A stretch of DNA of 64,000 nt, from assembly GCA_963703345.1 (NCBI GenBank), contig OY969814.1, positions 1,472,001 through 1,536,000 of the forward strand, in the 5' to 3' direction. The DNA is from an uncultured Chloroflexia bacterium. Its GTDB lineage: Bacteria > Chloroflexota > Dehalococcoidia > DSTF01 > JALHUB01. Both the position numbers and the translations under genes were made by a program. Positions 9,718 to 19,636 of this stretch are shown piece by piece (positions within the stretch are counted from its first letter, which is position 1; each line of letters begins with the position of its first letter). Under the pieces are notes generated by a model, which was not told where the DNA came from, searched no databases, and saw nothing but the letters and a program-made list of their open reading frames with translations.

Positions 9718-12435
9718 CTACTCGAGCGGCCGGAGCAGGACCCGCGCGTTGACGACGCAACAGCCCTCGCCCGGCGGCAGCACCTTCACTGGATTGAGGT
9801 CCATCTCGGCTATCTCTGGAACCTCCTCCACCATCGCCGAGACGCGCAACAGGAGTTGTTCCAAGGCAGTGACATCGGTGGGCGGAGAGCCTCGATAGCC
9901 CGTCAGCAGCGGATAGCCCTTCACCACCCGCACCATCTCGCGGGCATCCAAATCGGTCAGCGGATGGATGCGGAAAGCGACGTCCTTGATCAGCTCTACC
10001 TGAATGCCGCCCAGTCCGAACATGATCAGCGGCCCGAAAGATGCGTCCTGCGTCAGCCCGACGATGACCTCGACGCCGCCTGGCACCATCTCCTGCACGA
10101 TCACGCCCTCCATCGCCTCCAGCTTTCCGGCGGCGCGCAGCCTCTCGCGGATCTGTTCGAACGCCCGGCGCACCGCGTCCTCCGATTCCAGCCCCAGGAT
10201 CACGCCGCCGACATCGGTCTTGTGCATGATCGTCGAAGAGACGAGCTTGACCGCAACCGGAAAGCCCATCGACTTTGCCGCCTCGGCCGCCTCGTCGGCC
10301 GTCGTCGCCAGCCGGGCGCCGGCGCTTCGTATCCCGTACGCATCCAGCAGCTCGACGCAGCCGTCCGGCGGCAGCCAGATGCCGGTCGTCTTGTCGCCGG
10401 CAAGCACACGCTCAATGATCGCCCGCGCCCTCTCTGGCACCAGTCCGTCTATCTTGGGGATGGAGCCCTTCGGCCGGCGACACCAGTCGGCGTAGTCCGC
10501 GGCGCGGGAAAGCGCCATCGCCGTTGCCTCCGGGAACGTGAGCGAGGGGATGACGTAATCGCCGGCCGCCAACTCCTCGGGCGGTCCGCCGGAGCTCATG
10601 AAGCAGGCGAGGATGGCCTTCTTGTCGCGGAAGTGACGCGCGACCTCGTGGACCTCCGCCGCTACTTCCTTCGGCATGCTCACCAGCGGCGCGATGTAGA
10701 TCACGATCACGGCATCGATGTCGTCCTGCTCGCACAGGACCCGCAGCGCCCGGCCGAAGTCCTTCGGCGATGCCGAGGCGATGAGGTCGATGGGATTGGC
10801 CAGGCCGGCTGCGGCTGGCAGGAAAGTGCGTAGCGCCGCCTTCACCTCGTCCGACAGGGGTGGCACGCGCAGCCCGTAGCTCTCGCAGGCGTCGGCGGCA
10901 AGGATGGCCGGACCGCCGGAGTTCGTCAGTATGGCGACGTTCCGTCCGTCCGGCAGCGGCTGGTGCGAGAGCAGGTTCGCCACGTCGAAGAGCTGCTGAA
11001 GCGTATCCATGCGGATGACACCCGCCTGCCGGAAGAGCGCGTCCGCCGCAACGTCCAGGCCCGCCAGCGCGCCGGTGTGCGACGCCGCCGCCCGCGAGCC
11101 GGCGCTGCTCCGACCGCTCTTCAATGCCAGGATTGGCTTCGCATTCGCGATGCGGCGCGCCAGCCGGGCGAACTTGCGCGGGTTCCCAAACGATTCCAGG
11201 TACAGCAGGATAACGTCCGTCGAAGGGTCCTGCTCCCAGTACTGGATGAGGTCGTTGCTGGAGACGTCCGCCTTGTTGCCGACGCTGACGAACGTCGACA
11301 GGCCCAGCTTCAGACTGCGCGCATAGTCGAGGAGCGCCAGCCCCAGCGCGCCGCTTTGCGACAGCAGAGCGACGTTGCCCCGCGGCGGGAACACCGGCGA
11401 GAACGTGGCGTTCAGGCTCACCTCCGGATCGGTGTTGAGGACACCCATGCAGTTGGGGCCCAGCATGCGCATCCCGTAATTGCGTACCTTCGTCAGCAGC
11501 GCCGCTTCGCGCTCCGCTCCCTCGGCGCCCGTCTCCCTGAAGCCGGCGGATATTACGACGATGCCGCGCACGCCTTTGCGCCCGCACTGGTCGACGACGT
11601 CCAGCACCTGCTCAGCGGGCACAATGATGATGGCGAGGTTGACTTCGTCCGGGATGTCGAGGACCGAGGCATAGGCGCGCACGGCCCCGACGGCGTTGGT
11701 CGTCGGGTTCACCGGATAGGCGATGCCGTTGAAGCCGGTGTCGAGGACGTTGTTGAACAGCTCGGCGCCGATGGTGCCGCGGTAGCGCGACGCGCCGATG
11801 ACGGCGATCTTCGTCGGATTGAAGAAGACCCGCACCGAGGCGGTGGCCGCCACCAGCTCCCGCTGCTCGGTCCGCTGCTCGACGACCTCCGTGTGCTCGA
11901 TGGGGAACACGACGTGGAACGTGCCCTCCGCGTACTTCGCGTCGACGGTAAAGCCGAAATCCTGGAATACCTCCATCATGTCCCGGTTCTCAGACAGCAC
12001 CTCCGCCTCGAAGACGTGGATCCCCTTCTCGCGCGCCGCGATCGCCAGGTGCTCCAGCAGGTGCGTCGAGATGCCGCGGCCCTGATGGCTGTCCTCGACG
12101 AGGAAAGCCACCTCCGCGCGCTCCGGGTTCGCCAGTCGCGCGAAGCGTCCGATCGCGATGATCCGCTGGTCCGGCGGCTCGCCCAGAATGGCCACCAGCG
12201 CAAAGTTGTTCTCGTAGTCGATGTTGGTGTACGTCTCCGCTTCTGCCCGCGTCACTTCGGCGATGACGTGATGGAAGCGCATGTAGATCGTGCGCGGGCT
12301 GAGGCGGCTGAAGAGGAAGAGCCAGGCGTCGGTGTCGTCGGGCCGTATCGGACGGAGGCGCACTTTGGAGCCGTCGCGGAGCAAGACTTCCGCCTGGTAG
12401 TTACGGAGATCGCGGACTCGCGGTTGCATGGCCAA
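9718..12435 (-). CDS. GNAT plus ADP-forming acyl-CoA synthetase fusion (Pat-type protein acetyltransferase architecture)
   Basis: N-terminal GNAT (AEVAF.V.D.HQGRG); GPNCMG, SQSG, SHTG and ATP-grasp HKTDVGGV motifs. Confidence 0.88.
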   Translation of the reverse strand: MAMQPRVRDLRNYQAEVLLRDGSKVRLRPIRPDDTDAWLFLFSRLSPRTIYMRFHHVIAEVTRAEAETYTNIDYENNFALVAILGEPPDQRIIAIGRFARLANPERAEVAFLVEDSHQGRGISTHLLEHLAIAAREKGIHVFEAEVLSENRDMMEVFQDFGFTVDAKYAEGTFHVVFPIEHTEVVEQRTEQRELVAATASVRVFFNPTKIAVIGASRYRGTIGAELFNNVLDTGFNGIAYPVNPTTNAVGAVRAYASVLDIPDEVNLAIIIVPAEQVLDVVDQCGRKGVRGIVVISAGFRETGAEGAEREAALLTKVRNYGMRMLGPNCMGVLNTDPEVSLNATFSPVFPPRGNVALLSQSGALGLALLDYARSLKLGLSTFVSVGNKADVSSNDLIQYWEQDPSTDVILLYLESFGNPRKFARLARRIANAKPILALKSGRSSAGSRAAASHTGALAGLDVAADALFRQAGVIRMDTLQQLFDVANLLSHQPLPDGRNVAILTNSGGPAILAADACESYGLRVPPLSDEVKAALRTFLPAAAGLANPIDLIASASPKDFGRALRVLCEQDDIDAVIVIYIAPLVSMPKEVAAEVHEVARHFRDKKAILACFMSSGGPPEELAAGDYVIPSLTFPEATAMALSRAADYADWCRRPKGSIPKIDGLVPERARAIIERVLAGDKTTGIWLPPDGCVELLDAYGIRSAGARLATTADEAAEAAKSMGFPVAVKLVSSTIMHKTDVGGVILGLESEDAVRRAFEQIRERLRAAGKLEAMEGVIVQEMVPGGVEVIVGLTQDASFGPLIMFGLGGIQVELIKDVAFRIHPLTDLDAREMVRVVKGYPLLTGYRGSPPTDVTALEQLLLRVSAMVEEVPEIAEMDLNPVKVLPPGEGCCVVNARVLLRPLE

Positions 12436-12511
12436 TCCCTGCCTTTCTCTCCCCTATCAATCGATTATATCCCAATCAGTATCCCCTCGGGCGTATCTCT
12501 GAAGGTTCAGC

Positions 12512-12541
12512 TTGACACCTGCTCGGCCGTAAACGTATAAG
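12512..12541 (+). promoter_or_regulatory. sigma-70 promoter of treT-pfkA
   Basis: TTGACA-N18-TATAAG. Confidence 0.6.
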
Positions 12542-12596
12542 GGGCAGGAGGCCCCTCGAGAGCGAACACGACGCGTCGATATGGAGGACCACTGGG

Positions 12597-13826
12597 ATGC
12601 TTGACCACGTCGACGTTGGAACGGTCGATTTCAAGAGCTACGAACCGTTTACGGACCCGGAGATGGCGAAGGAGATACGCGCGCGCGCCGCTCAGTTGAA
12701 GGGCGCCCGCCTTCTCCAGGTCAACGCCACGCCCTACGGCGGCGGCGTCTCTGAGCTGCTGCGGGCCGTCATTCCCATCTACCGCGGCCTTGGCATAAAA
12801 GCCGACTGGAAGTGCATCTACGGCGACCCTCAGTTCTTCGCCATCACCAAAGCGTTCCACAATGCCTTGCAGGGCGCTCAGGAGGAGCTCACGCGGCTGG
12901 CCGGTGAGACCTACCTGATGTACAACAAGCTCAACGCCGACCTGCTCGACGAAGAGTACGATTTTGTCGTCATCCACGATCCGCAGCCGCTGGCCATACG
13001 CCACTTCAAGGGCCCCAACGGCGCGAAATGGGTATGGCGCTGTCACATCGATACCTCCAGCCCGAACGAAGACGTCCTCGCCTTCATCTCCCGCTACTTC
13101 CTGGAGTACGACGCGCTCGTCTTCACGATGCAGCGCTTCGTGCCGCCGGGCCTCGAGCACAAAAAGCTGGCCATAATCCCACCGTCCATCGACCCGCTGA
13201 GCCCGAAGAACGTCAACCTTCCCGACGACCTCTGCCGCGAGATGCTGGTCTGGCTCGGCGTGAAGCCGGACAAGCCGCTGATGACACAGGTGTCCCGTTT
13301 CGACCCCTGGAAGGACCCCTTCGGCGTCATCGAAGTCTACCGCATGGTGCGGGAGGAGGTGCCCGGCCTCCAGCTTGCCCTGCTTGGCTTCATGGCCCTC
13401 GACGACCCTGAAGGCTGGGGCATCTACAACGACGTCATCGCCGAGACGAAGAATGACGCCGACATCCACGTCCGCACCAACCTCGTCGGCGTGAGCAACA
13501 TGGAGATCAACGCCTTTCAGCGCAAGTCCGACGTCATCATCCAGAAGTCGATCCGTGAGGGCTTCGGCCTCATCATCTCCGAGAGCCTATGGAAGGGCAC
13601 TGCCGTCGTCGCCAACCGCGCCGGGGGCATTCCGCTTCAAATGGAAGACGGCATCGGCGGCTTTCTCGTCGACAGCACGGAGCAGTGCGCCGAGAAGGCC
13701 CTCTACCTCTTGCGCCACCCCGCCGAGGCGAAGAAAATGGGGAAGCTGGGCCAGCAGCGGGTTCGCGAGCGCTTCCTGACGCCGCGCCTCGTCCGCGACT
13801 GGCTGCGGCTTCTCACCGAGCTCTAG
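12597..13826 (+). CDS. treT: Trehalose glycosyltransferring synthase (GT4)
   Basis: NAT.YGGGV.E, HDPQP, WRCHID, SRFDPWKDP and EGFGL motifs. Confidence 0.88.
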   Translation: MLDHVDVGTVDFKSYEPFTDPEMAKEIRARAAQLKGARLLQVNATPYGGGVSELLRAVIPIYRGLGIKADWKCIYGDPQFFAITKAFHNALQGAQEELTRLAGETYLMYNKLNADLLDEEYDFVVIHDPQPLAIRHFKGPNGAKWVWRCHIDTSSPNEDVLAFISRYFLEYDALVFTMQRFVPPGLEHKKLAIIPPSIDPLSPKNVNLPDDLCREMLVWLGVKPDKPLMTQVSRFDPWKDPFGVIEVYRMVREEVPGLQLALLGFMALDDPEGWGIYNDVIAETKNDADIHVRTNLVGVSNMEINAFQRKSDVIIQKSIREGFGLIISESLWKGTAVVANRAGGIPLQMEDGIGGFLVDSTEQCAEKALYLLRHPAEAKKMGKLGQQRVRERFLTPRLVRDWLRLLTEL

Positions 13827-13871
13827 TACAGACCACCACTTCAGCAGCCGAAAGGATTCCGGCCGGCAGCA

Positions 13872-14837
13872 GTGAAGCGCATTGCTATCCTGGCGAGCGG
13901 CGGCGACGCGCCCGGTATGAACGCCTGCGTCCGGGCCGTCGTGCGCGCCGGCTCCCACCGCGGCCTGGAGACGCTGGGTGTCAAGGACGGCTACGCCGGC
14001 CTTCTCAACCGCCAGCTAGTCGTCCTCCACCGGCATGACGTCAGCAACATCATCCAGCGCGGCGGCGTCTTCCTGGGCTCTCTACGTTGCGAGGAGTTCT
14101 ACACGCCGGAGGGGCGAGCCCGCGCCGCCGAAGTCCTACGCGCCTTCAACGTCGACGGCCTCGTCACCATCGGCGGCGACGGCACGCTTCGTGGCGCCCG
14201 CGCTCTCTCCAGCGAGCAAGGCATCGCCGTCGTCCTCGTGCCGGCGACCATCGACAACGACGCTCCGGGCACCGACTGGTGTATCGGCTTCGATACCGCC
14301 GTCAACACCGCCGTCGAGGCCGTGGACCGCCTGCGCGACACGGCGGAGGCGACCGAGCGAGTCTTCTTCGTCGAGGTGATGGGCCGGGAAAGCGGCGCCC
14401 TCGCTCTCCATGCCGGCCTGGCCGCCGGCGCCGATGCCATCCTCGTGCCGGAGGTAGAGACGAACCTCGAAGAGCTCGCCGACCTGCTGAATCGCGCCAT
14501 ACTGCGCCGCTCGCGGAGCCTCATCGTCGTCGTCGCCGAGGGTGATACGGCTGGCGGCGCTTTCGCCATAGCCGAGCACGTGCGACCATACGTCAAGGCC
14601 GACTATCGCGTGACAGTGCTGGGCCACATTCAGCGCGGCGGCACACCCTCCGCCCGCGACCGCCTGTTGGCCTCGCGACTGGGGATCTGCGCGGTGGAGG
14701 CGCTGATGGAGGGCAAGACGGGACACGTCGTCGGCGAGATCTGCGGTGAGGTGCGCGACACCCCCTTCGAGGAGCTCACTACGGACAAGCGACTGGCGCC
14801 GCTGGCGCTCCTCCAGCTTCTTCCCGACCTCTTCTAG
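13872..14837 (+). CDS. pfkA: 6-phosphofructokinase
   Basis: SGGDAPGMNA, GGDG, TIDND, EVMGR and LGHIQRGG motifs. Confidence 0.95.
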   Translation: MKRIAILASGGDAPGMNACVRAVVRAGSHRGLETLGVKDGYAGLLNRQLVVLHRHDVSNIIQRGGVFLGSLRCEEFYTPEGRARAAEVLRAFNVDGLVTIGGDGTLRGARALSSEQGIAVVLVPATIDNDAPGTDWCIGFDTAVNTAVEAVDRLRDTAEATERVFFVEVMGRESGALALHAGLAAGADAILVPEVETNLEELADLLNRAILRRSRSLIVVVAEGDTAGGAFAIAEHVRPYVKADYRVTVLGHIQRGGTPSARDRLLASRLGICAVEALMEGKTGHVVGEICGEVRDTPFEELTTDKRLAPLALLQLLPDLF

Positions 14838-16094
14838 CTACGTGATGTGGGCGTCGATGAGCTGCCGCGCGCCGGCGAGCGCCAGCATGTCGTTGGCGCC
14901 GTCCTCGATCATCGCCGAGCGAGCGTCGCGGAACAGCTTCTCGACGAGGCAGCCCTTCGACAGCCCCATGCCGCCAAAGAGCTGGACGGCGTCGCTCGCC
15001 ACCTGGAACGCGACCTCCGTGCAATAGACCTTCGCCGCGATGCCCAATCGCGACAGAGGCGGCATTGCCGTCGCGTTGTAGGTGAGTACAGCCCGCGAAA
15101 GCTGCCTTGCCGACTCCACTTTCACGAACATGTCGAAGAGCTTGCGCTGCACAAGCTGGTGCTCGCAGAGCGGCTTGCCTCCCTGCACCCGCTGCTTGCA
15201 GTAGCCCATCGCCTCCTCGTAGGCGGCGCGCGCCAGGCCGGTGAACCAGGCGCCCATAACGCCGTTCGCCGTAGCCAGAATCATGTCGGCGGCGAGGACA
15301 TACAACTCCGGCTCGACAATGACGTACTCTTTCGGGATGCGCACGTCGTCGAAGAAGATCTCGCCCTGGTTCAGGGCGCGCTGCCCCAGCTTGTTCAGTG
15401 GCTTACCCCGTGAGACGCCGGGAAGAACCAGCGGGACGACGGCGATGGCGCTGGCCGTCATTCCCTTGGAGCGGTCCACAGCGAAGTGGACCATGGCGTG
15501 CGAGGCGATGCTGCCGTTCGACACCCAGGCAGCCTTGGCGCCGCTGATCAGCCAGTCGTCGCCGTCGCGGCGGCCGCGGGTATCGAAGGCGGTACGCTCG
15601 TCGTTGATGTCCCCCACACCAATGGCCAGGCAGTCGGAGCCGTGCTGCGGCTCGGTGATCGCCCAGCAGCCGATAACCTTCGCCTCCCTGTCCTTGACAT
15701 AAGGCATCACGATATCATCCATCAGCCGCTGGTTGCCGGTCATCTGCACGGACAGGAGCGCGGTCCTGAAAGGGATAGCGGCGACGCCCAGCGCGACGGC
15801 GAAGTCGGCGGCGCCCCAGCCCATCTCCTCCGCGACGATGTGGGCCTCGAGGCCCATCACGTTCGCGCCGCCCAGGTCTTCCGGCATCTCCATCAGGTGG
15901 CGCTCCAGCTCGTAGTGCTTGCGGAACACCCGCCACAGCGGCGATCCCGGGTTGATCACGTCCTGCGGGTCCGCCAGGCTGTCGAGCTCGATGCTGGCCG
16001 GTCGCGCTATCTCCGCCGCGAACCGGTGCATCGCTTGCTTCAGCGTCTGCTGCGTCTCCGTCAATTGGGGATTGAGGTCGAGAGGGGCGCTCAT
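14838..16094 (-). CDS. Acyl-CoA dehydrogenase
   Basis: AITEP.HGSD, GAKAWVSNG, RVQGGK.L, QLFGG.G and RDAR motifs; SD-preceded ATG16094. Confidence 0.9.
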   Translation of the reverse strand: MSAPLDLNPQLTETQQTLKQAMHRFAAEIARPASIELDSLADPQDVINPGSPLWRVFRKHYELERHLMEMPEDLGGANVMGLEAHIVAEEMGWGAADFAVALGVAAIPFRTALLSVQMTGNQRLMDDIVMPYVKDREAKVIGCWAITEPQHGSDCLAIGVGDINDERTAFDTRGRRDGDDWLISGAKAAWVSNGSIASHAMVHFAVDRSKGMTASAIAVVPLVLPGVSRGKPLNKLGQRALNQGEIFFDDVRIPKEYVIVEPELYVLAADMILATANGVMGAWFTGLARAAYEEAMGYCKQRVQGGKPLCEHQLVQRKLFDMFVKVESARQLSRAVLTYNATAMPPLSRLGIAAKVYCTEVAFQVASDAVQLFGGMGLSKGCLVEKLFRDARSAMIEDGANDMLALAGARQLIDAHIT

Positions 16095-16271
16095 GTTTTT
16101 GCTCCTTCTGCCGTGCCGAGTGTGGTGTCGCGATGGGCGGATGATGGCACAGAAGGCATCAGCGGGCAACCGCCAACGCCCGGCGGACGGTTGCCTCCTC
16201 TCACTGGCTGTACTAGAGTTGACGTATCGTTATGGCGTCCTTGAAGCCACTAGTGCTAGGAGGAAAAACCG

Positions 16272-17705
16272 ATGGCAATGGTAAGTTCCAGCGAATACCG
16301 GCAGCGGCTGCTGCGAATGCGCCCTAACGTGTACATAGACGGCGAGCTCGTGGGAAGGGACGACCCGCGGCTCGAGCCCGGCATCAACGTCATTGCGCAG
16401 ACCTTCGACCTGGCGACGGAGCCGGAGTACGAGGGCGTCATGACGGCAACTTCCCACCTCAGCGGCGAGAAGATCAATCGCTTCACCAACATTCATCGTA
16501 GCGTCGAGGACCTCCTCAACAAGCAGAAGATGACCCGCCTCTTCTGCCAGAAGCTGGGCGGCTGCGTTCAGCGCTGCATGGGCATCGACGCCACGAACGC
16601 GCTGTCAGTCGTCACTTACGACACCGACCAGAAGTACGGCACGGAGTACAACAAGCGCTTCCTCAACTGGCTGGCGAACTTCCAGAAGAAAGACCTGGTC
16701 GGCAACTGCGCCCAGACCGACGTGAAGGGAGACCGCAGCAAGCGCCCGCACGAGCAGGTCGATCCGGACCTGTACCTGCGGGTCGTGGAGAAGAAGTCGG
16801 ACGGCATCGTGGTGCGCGGCGCCAAGGCGCACAATACGTGCGGGCCCTACGTCGACGAGATCATCGCCGTGCCGACGCGCTTCCTGACGCCGGAAGAGGG
16901 CGACTGGGCGGTGGCCTTCGCCATTCCTGCCGATTGGGAGGGCGTTCACCTGTCATGTCGCATCGCCTCGCCGCGGCCCCGCAAGCGCCTCGATGCGCCC
17001 CATGCGCACTACGGCGACGTCGAATCGTTCACCATCTTCGACGACGTGTTCGTCCCCTGGGAGCGCGTCTTCCTCTGCGGCGAGAGCGAGTTCGGCGGGC
17101 AGCTCGCCCTCCTGTTCGCGCTCTACCATCGTCATAGCTACTGCGGCTGCAAGCCGGCCGTTACCGACATCATGATGGGCGCGACGGCTCTAGCCGCCGA
17201 GTACAACGGCGTGCCGAACGCCCAGCATGTCAAGGGGAAGCTGGCGGAGCTCATCTCCGTGGCGGAGCTGGTCTACGCGGCCGGCATCGCCGCGGCGGTG
17301 ACCGGCAAGCAGGCGCCCTCCGGGACGTATGTGCCGGACGTCATCTACGCCAACGTCGGCCGGCGCCACGCCGGGCTACACATCTACCACGAGCACGAGA
17401 CGGTCGCGGACGTCGGCGGCGGCCTCATCGCGACCCTGCCCACAGAGGGCGACTTCTACAACGAGGTCACCGGTCCGCTGCTCAACAAGTACATCATGCG
17501 GAACCCGAAGATCTCCGCCGAAGACCAGCACCGTCTCTTCCGCTTGATGGGCGACTTGGTCTGCTCCGGTCTTGGGAGCGTGCAGCAGATAGCCGGCATT
17601 CACGGCGGCGGCTCGCCGGTGATGGAAGAGATCGCGATTCTCGGCGCCTACGACATGGAGGCGAAGAAGGCGCTGGTAAAGTACCTGGCGGGGATCAAGG
17701 ACTAG
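16272..17705 (+). CDS. 4-hydroxybutyryl-CoA dehydratase (AbfD)-like FAD/[4Fe-4S] enzyme
   Basis: CVQRCMG.D, TDVKGDRS, YHRHSY.GCK and HGGGSP motifs. Confidence 0.85.
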   Translation: MAMVSSSEYRQRLLRMRPNVYIDGELVGRDDPRLEPGINVIAQTFDLATEPEYEGVMTATSHLSGEKINRFTNIHRSVEDLLNKQKMTRLFCQKLGGCVQRCMGIDATNALSVVTYDTDQKYGTEYNKRFLNWLANFQKKDLVGNCAQTDVKGDRSKRPHEQVDPDLYLRVVEKKSDGIVVRGAKAHNTCGPYVDEIIAVPTRFLTPEEGDWAVAFAIPADWEGVHLSCRIASPRPRKRLDAPHAHYGDVESFTIFDDVFVPWERVFLCGESEFGGQLALLFALYHRHSYCGCKPAVTDIMMGATALAAEYNGVPNAQHVKGKLAELISVAELVYAAGIAAAVTGKQAPSGTYVPDVIYANVGRRHAGLHIYHEHETVADVGGGLIATLPTEGDFYNEVTGPLLNKYIMRNPKISAEDQHRLFRLMGDLVCSGLGSVQQIAGIHGGGSPVMEEIAILGAYDMEAKKALVKYLAGIKD

Positions 17706-17779
17706 CGCCTCGACGGCTGCAACCCGGCGACGTCGATCTGAGCTGGAGCGCTCTTCCGCAAGGGAGCGCCGCCTCGCTG

Positions 17780-18616
17780 CTAGCGCATCAGCACAACCAG
17801 AGCCAGCACGAAGATCGCCAGCCCCAATCGATAGGCCACGAACGGGTAAAACGTGTGCGTCCGCAGGAAGCGCAGCAGGAAGCCTATCGTAAAGTACCCC
17901 GTAAGCGCCGCCAGCGAGAAGCCGACGACGAAGAACGCCAGGTCCTCGCGACCCAACGTGCCGTGGTGCGCCTCTTTCAGCGCATCGTACACGCCCTTCG
18001 CGCCGGCCCCGGCGACAATGGGCGCCGACAGCAGGAAAGCGAACGTCGCCGCCTGGGCGCGGTCCAGCTTGGCGAACAGGCCCGCCGACATAGTGATGCC
18101 AGAGCGCGAGACGCCCGGAATGACCGCAATCGCCTGCGCTATGCCGACGAACAGCGCTTCCTTCGGGCCAAGTTGCGTCGCGCGCAGCTTCCGGGTGCCC
18201 CAGACCTCCGCCATCACGAGCACGCCGGCGAAGATGATGAGCATGACAGCGATCGTGACCGGCTGACGCAGCTTGTTCTCGATTGTGCTCTCGAAAAAGA
18301 AGCCGACGAATCCCCCCGGCACCGTCGCCAGCGCGATAAGCCAGGCCAGGCGCGAGTCGATGGTCAGGTCCCAGTCGCGCTCGCGGATGCTGGCAATCCA
18401 GGCCGCGACCAGGCGCACGATCGTCCCCCAGAAGAAGATGAGAATGGCGAGCAGCGTTCCCAGGTGGAGAGCCGCGTCGAAGGGCAGCCCCAGCCGGCTC
18501 TCCGACAGGCCGAGCGCCTTCTCAAGCAGGATCAGGTGCCCGGTAGACGAGACGGGGAGGAACTCCGTCAGCCCCTGCGCGATCCCTAAGATCACGGCCT
18601 TGATCAAGTCGGGCAT
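17780..18616 (-). CDS. uppP: Undecaprenyl-diphosphatase
   Basis: QGLTEFLPVSSTGH and PGVSRSG.T motifs. Confidence 0.95.
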   Translation of the reverse strand: MPDLIKAVILGIAQGLTEFLPVSSTGHLILLEKALGLSESRLGLPFDAALHLGTLLAILIFFWGTIVRLVAAWIASIRERDWDLTIDSRLAWLIALATVPGGFVGFFFESTIENKLRQPVTIAVMLIIFAGVLVMAEVWGTRKLRATQLGPKEALFVGIAQAIAVIPGVSRSGITMSAGLFAKLDRAQAATFAFLLSAPIVAGAGAKGVYDALKEAHHGTLGREDLAFFVVGFSLAALTGYFTIGFLLRFLRTHTFYPFVAYRLGLAIFVLALVVLMR

Positions 18617-18646
18617 TTTGTCTCCACAGGGGCCGAGAGTTTGCTG

Positions 18647-19432
18647 CTAGGGTCGCGCCGCTCGCAACCGTTGTGTCAGGGCGGGCATGGATTCGCCGGC
18701 GGGGGCTCGCAGCACGACCTGACAGAATGGCGAAAGGGGCGTCTCTTCCGGATTGACTTCGATCAGCGTGGCGCCGGCCCGCAGGGCGATCAGCGGAAAC
18801 TCGGCCGCCGGATAGACCACCGCCGACGTGCCGACGAGCAGCATGCAATCGCAGAGCCCCGTGTGGTCGTGGCAGGAGCGCAGCGCGTCTACCGGTATCG
18901 GCTCGCCGAACATGACCGTGTCGGTCTTGAGGATGCCGCGACAGTCCGGACAGCGCGGTGGCACCTCGTCAAGAGGGAATCCCTCTAGCGGGAAGCGCGC
19001 GCCGCATTCAATGCAGCGCAGCTTGAAGCGATTGCCGTGAATCTCGGTAATCGCCGTGCTGCCGGCTTCCTGGTGCAGATTGTCGATGTTCTGCGTGATG
19101 ATGTGCTGCAGGAAGCCGAGCCGCTCCATCTCAGCCATCGCCTGGTGCGCGGCGTTGGGCTTCGCGCCGTCCAGCGCCTTCATAAACTCCGCCAGGTCGT
19201 CGCGGTCGGAGAGACGTTCCTCCCACCAACCTTTCGGGTCGTCCATGAAGCGCTGATAGCCGCTCATGGCCGGCTCGCCGATCTTCGTCCAGATGCCGCC
19301 GGGGCCGCGGAACGGCGGGATGCCGCTTTCGACCGAGATGCCGGCGCCGACGAGCGCGACGACGTAGTTTGAAAGCGCCATGAGGCGCGCGGCGTCATCC
19401 AGCCCTGTATCGAGCTCGTTGCTTGTGGACAT
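18647..19432 (-). CDS. cobB: NAD-dependent deacylase (sirtuin)
   Basis: GAGISVESGIP.FRG, TQNIDNLH, HG..C..C and GTS..VYPAA motifs. Confidence 0.92.
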   Translation of the reverse strand: MSTSNELDTGLDDAARLMALSNYVVALVGAGISVESGIPPFRGPGGIWTKIGEPAMSGYQRFMDDPKGWWEERLSDRDDLAEFMKALDGAKPNAAHQAMAEMERLGFLQHIITQNIDNLHQEAGSTAITEIHGNRFKLRCIECGARFPLEGFPLDEVPPRCPDCRGILKTDTVMFGEPIPVDALRSCHDHTGLCDCMLLVGTSAVVYPAAEFPLIALRAGATLIEVNPEETPLSPFCQVVLRAPAGESMPALTQRLRAARP

Positions 19433-19449
19433 AATCTTGCTGAAGCCCT

Positions 19450-19629
19450 TTAACCCATCATAGCGCTGCGCCGGTGGCGTCTCAAGCAGTCGCGACCGGT
19501 CGGAGCCCTAGCCGCGGACTGCTCCCACATGACGGCCCTTTCCGCCTCGGTCATGTCGGCGGGGAAAGTCGGCCGCGGCGGGTTGAGCTTCAGGAAGAAG
19601 TGGGTGGTGCCAGGGCTCGCGGCGCTCAT
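19450..19629 (-). pseudogene. Truncated YciI-like protein (59 codons)
   Basis: Reads MSAASPGTTHFFLKLNPPRPTFPADMTEAERAVM and then diverges; below the ORF track cutoff. Confidence 0.6.
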
Positions 19630-19636
19630 CGCGGTT

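Noticed and set aside
9688-12540. Long antisense ORFs (381 and 525 aa), with similar cases opposite sufB, lepA, pheT and rsmA/ispE
   Set aside because: Shadow ORFs typical of high-GC coding DNA, with no motifs
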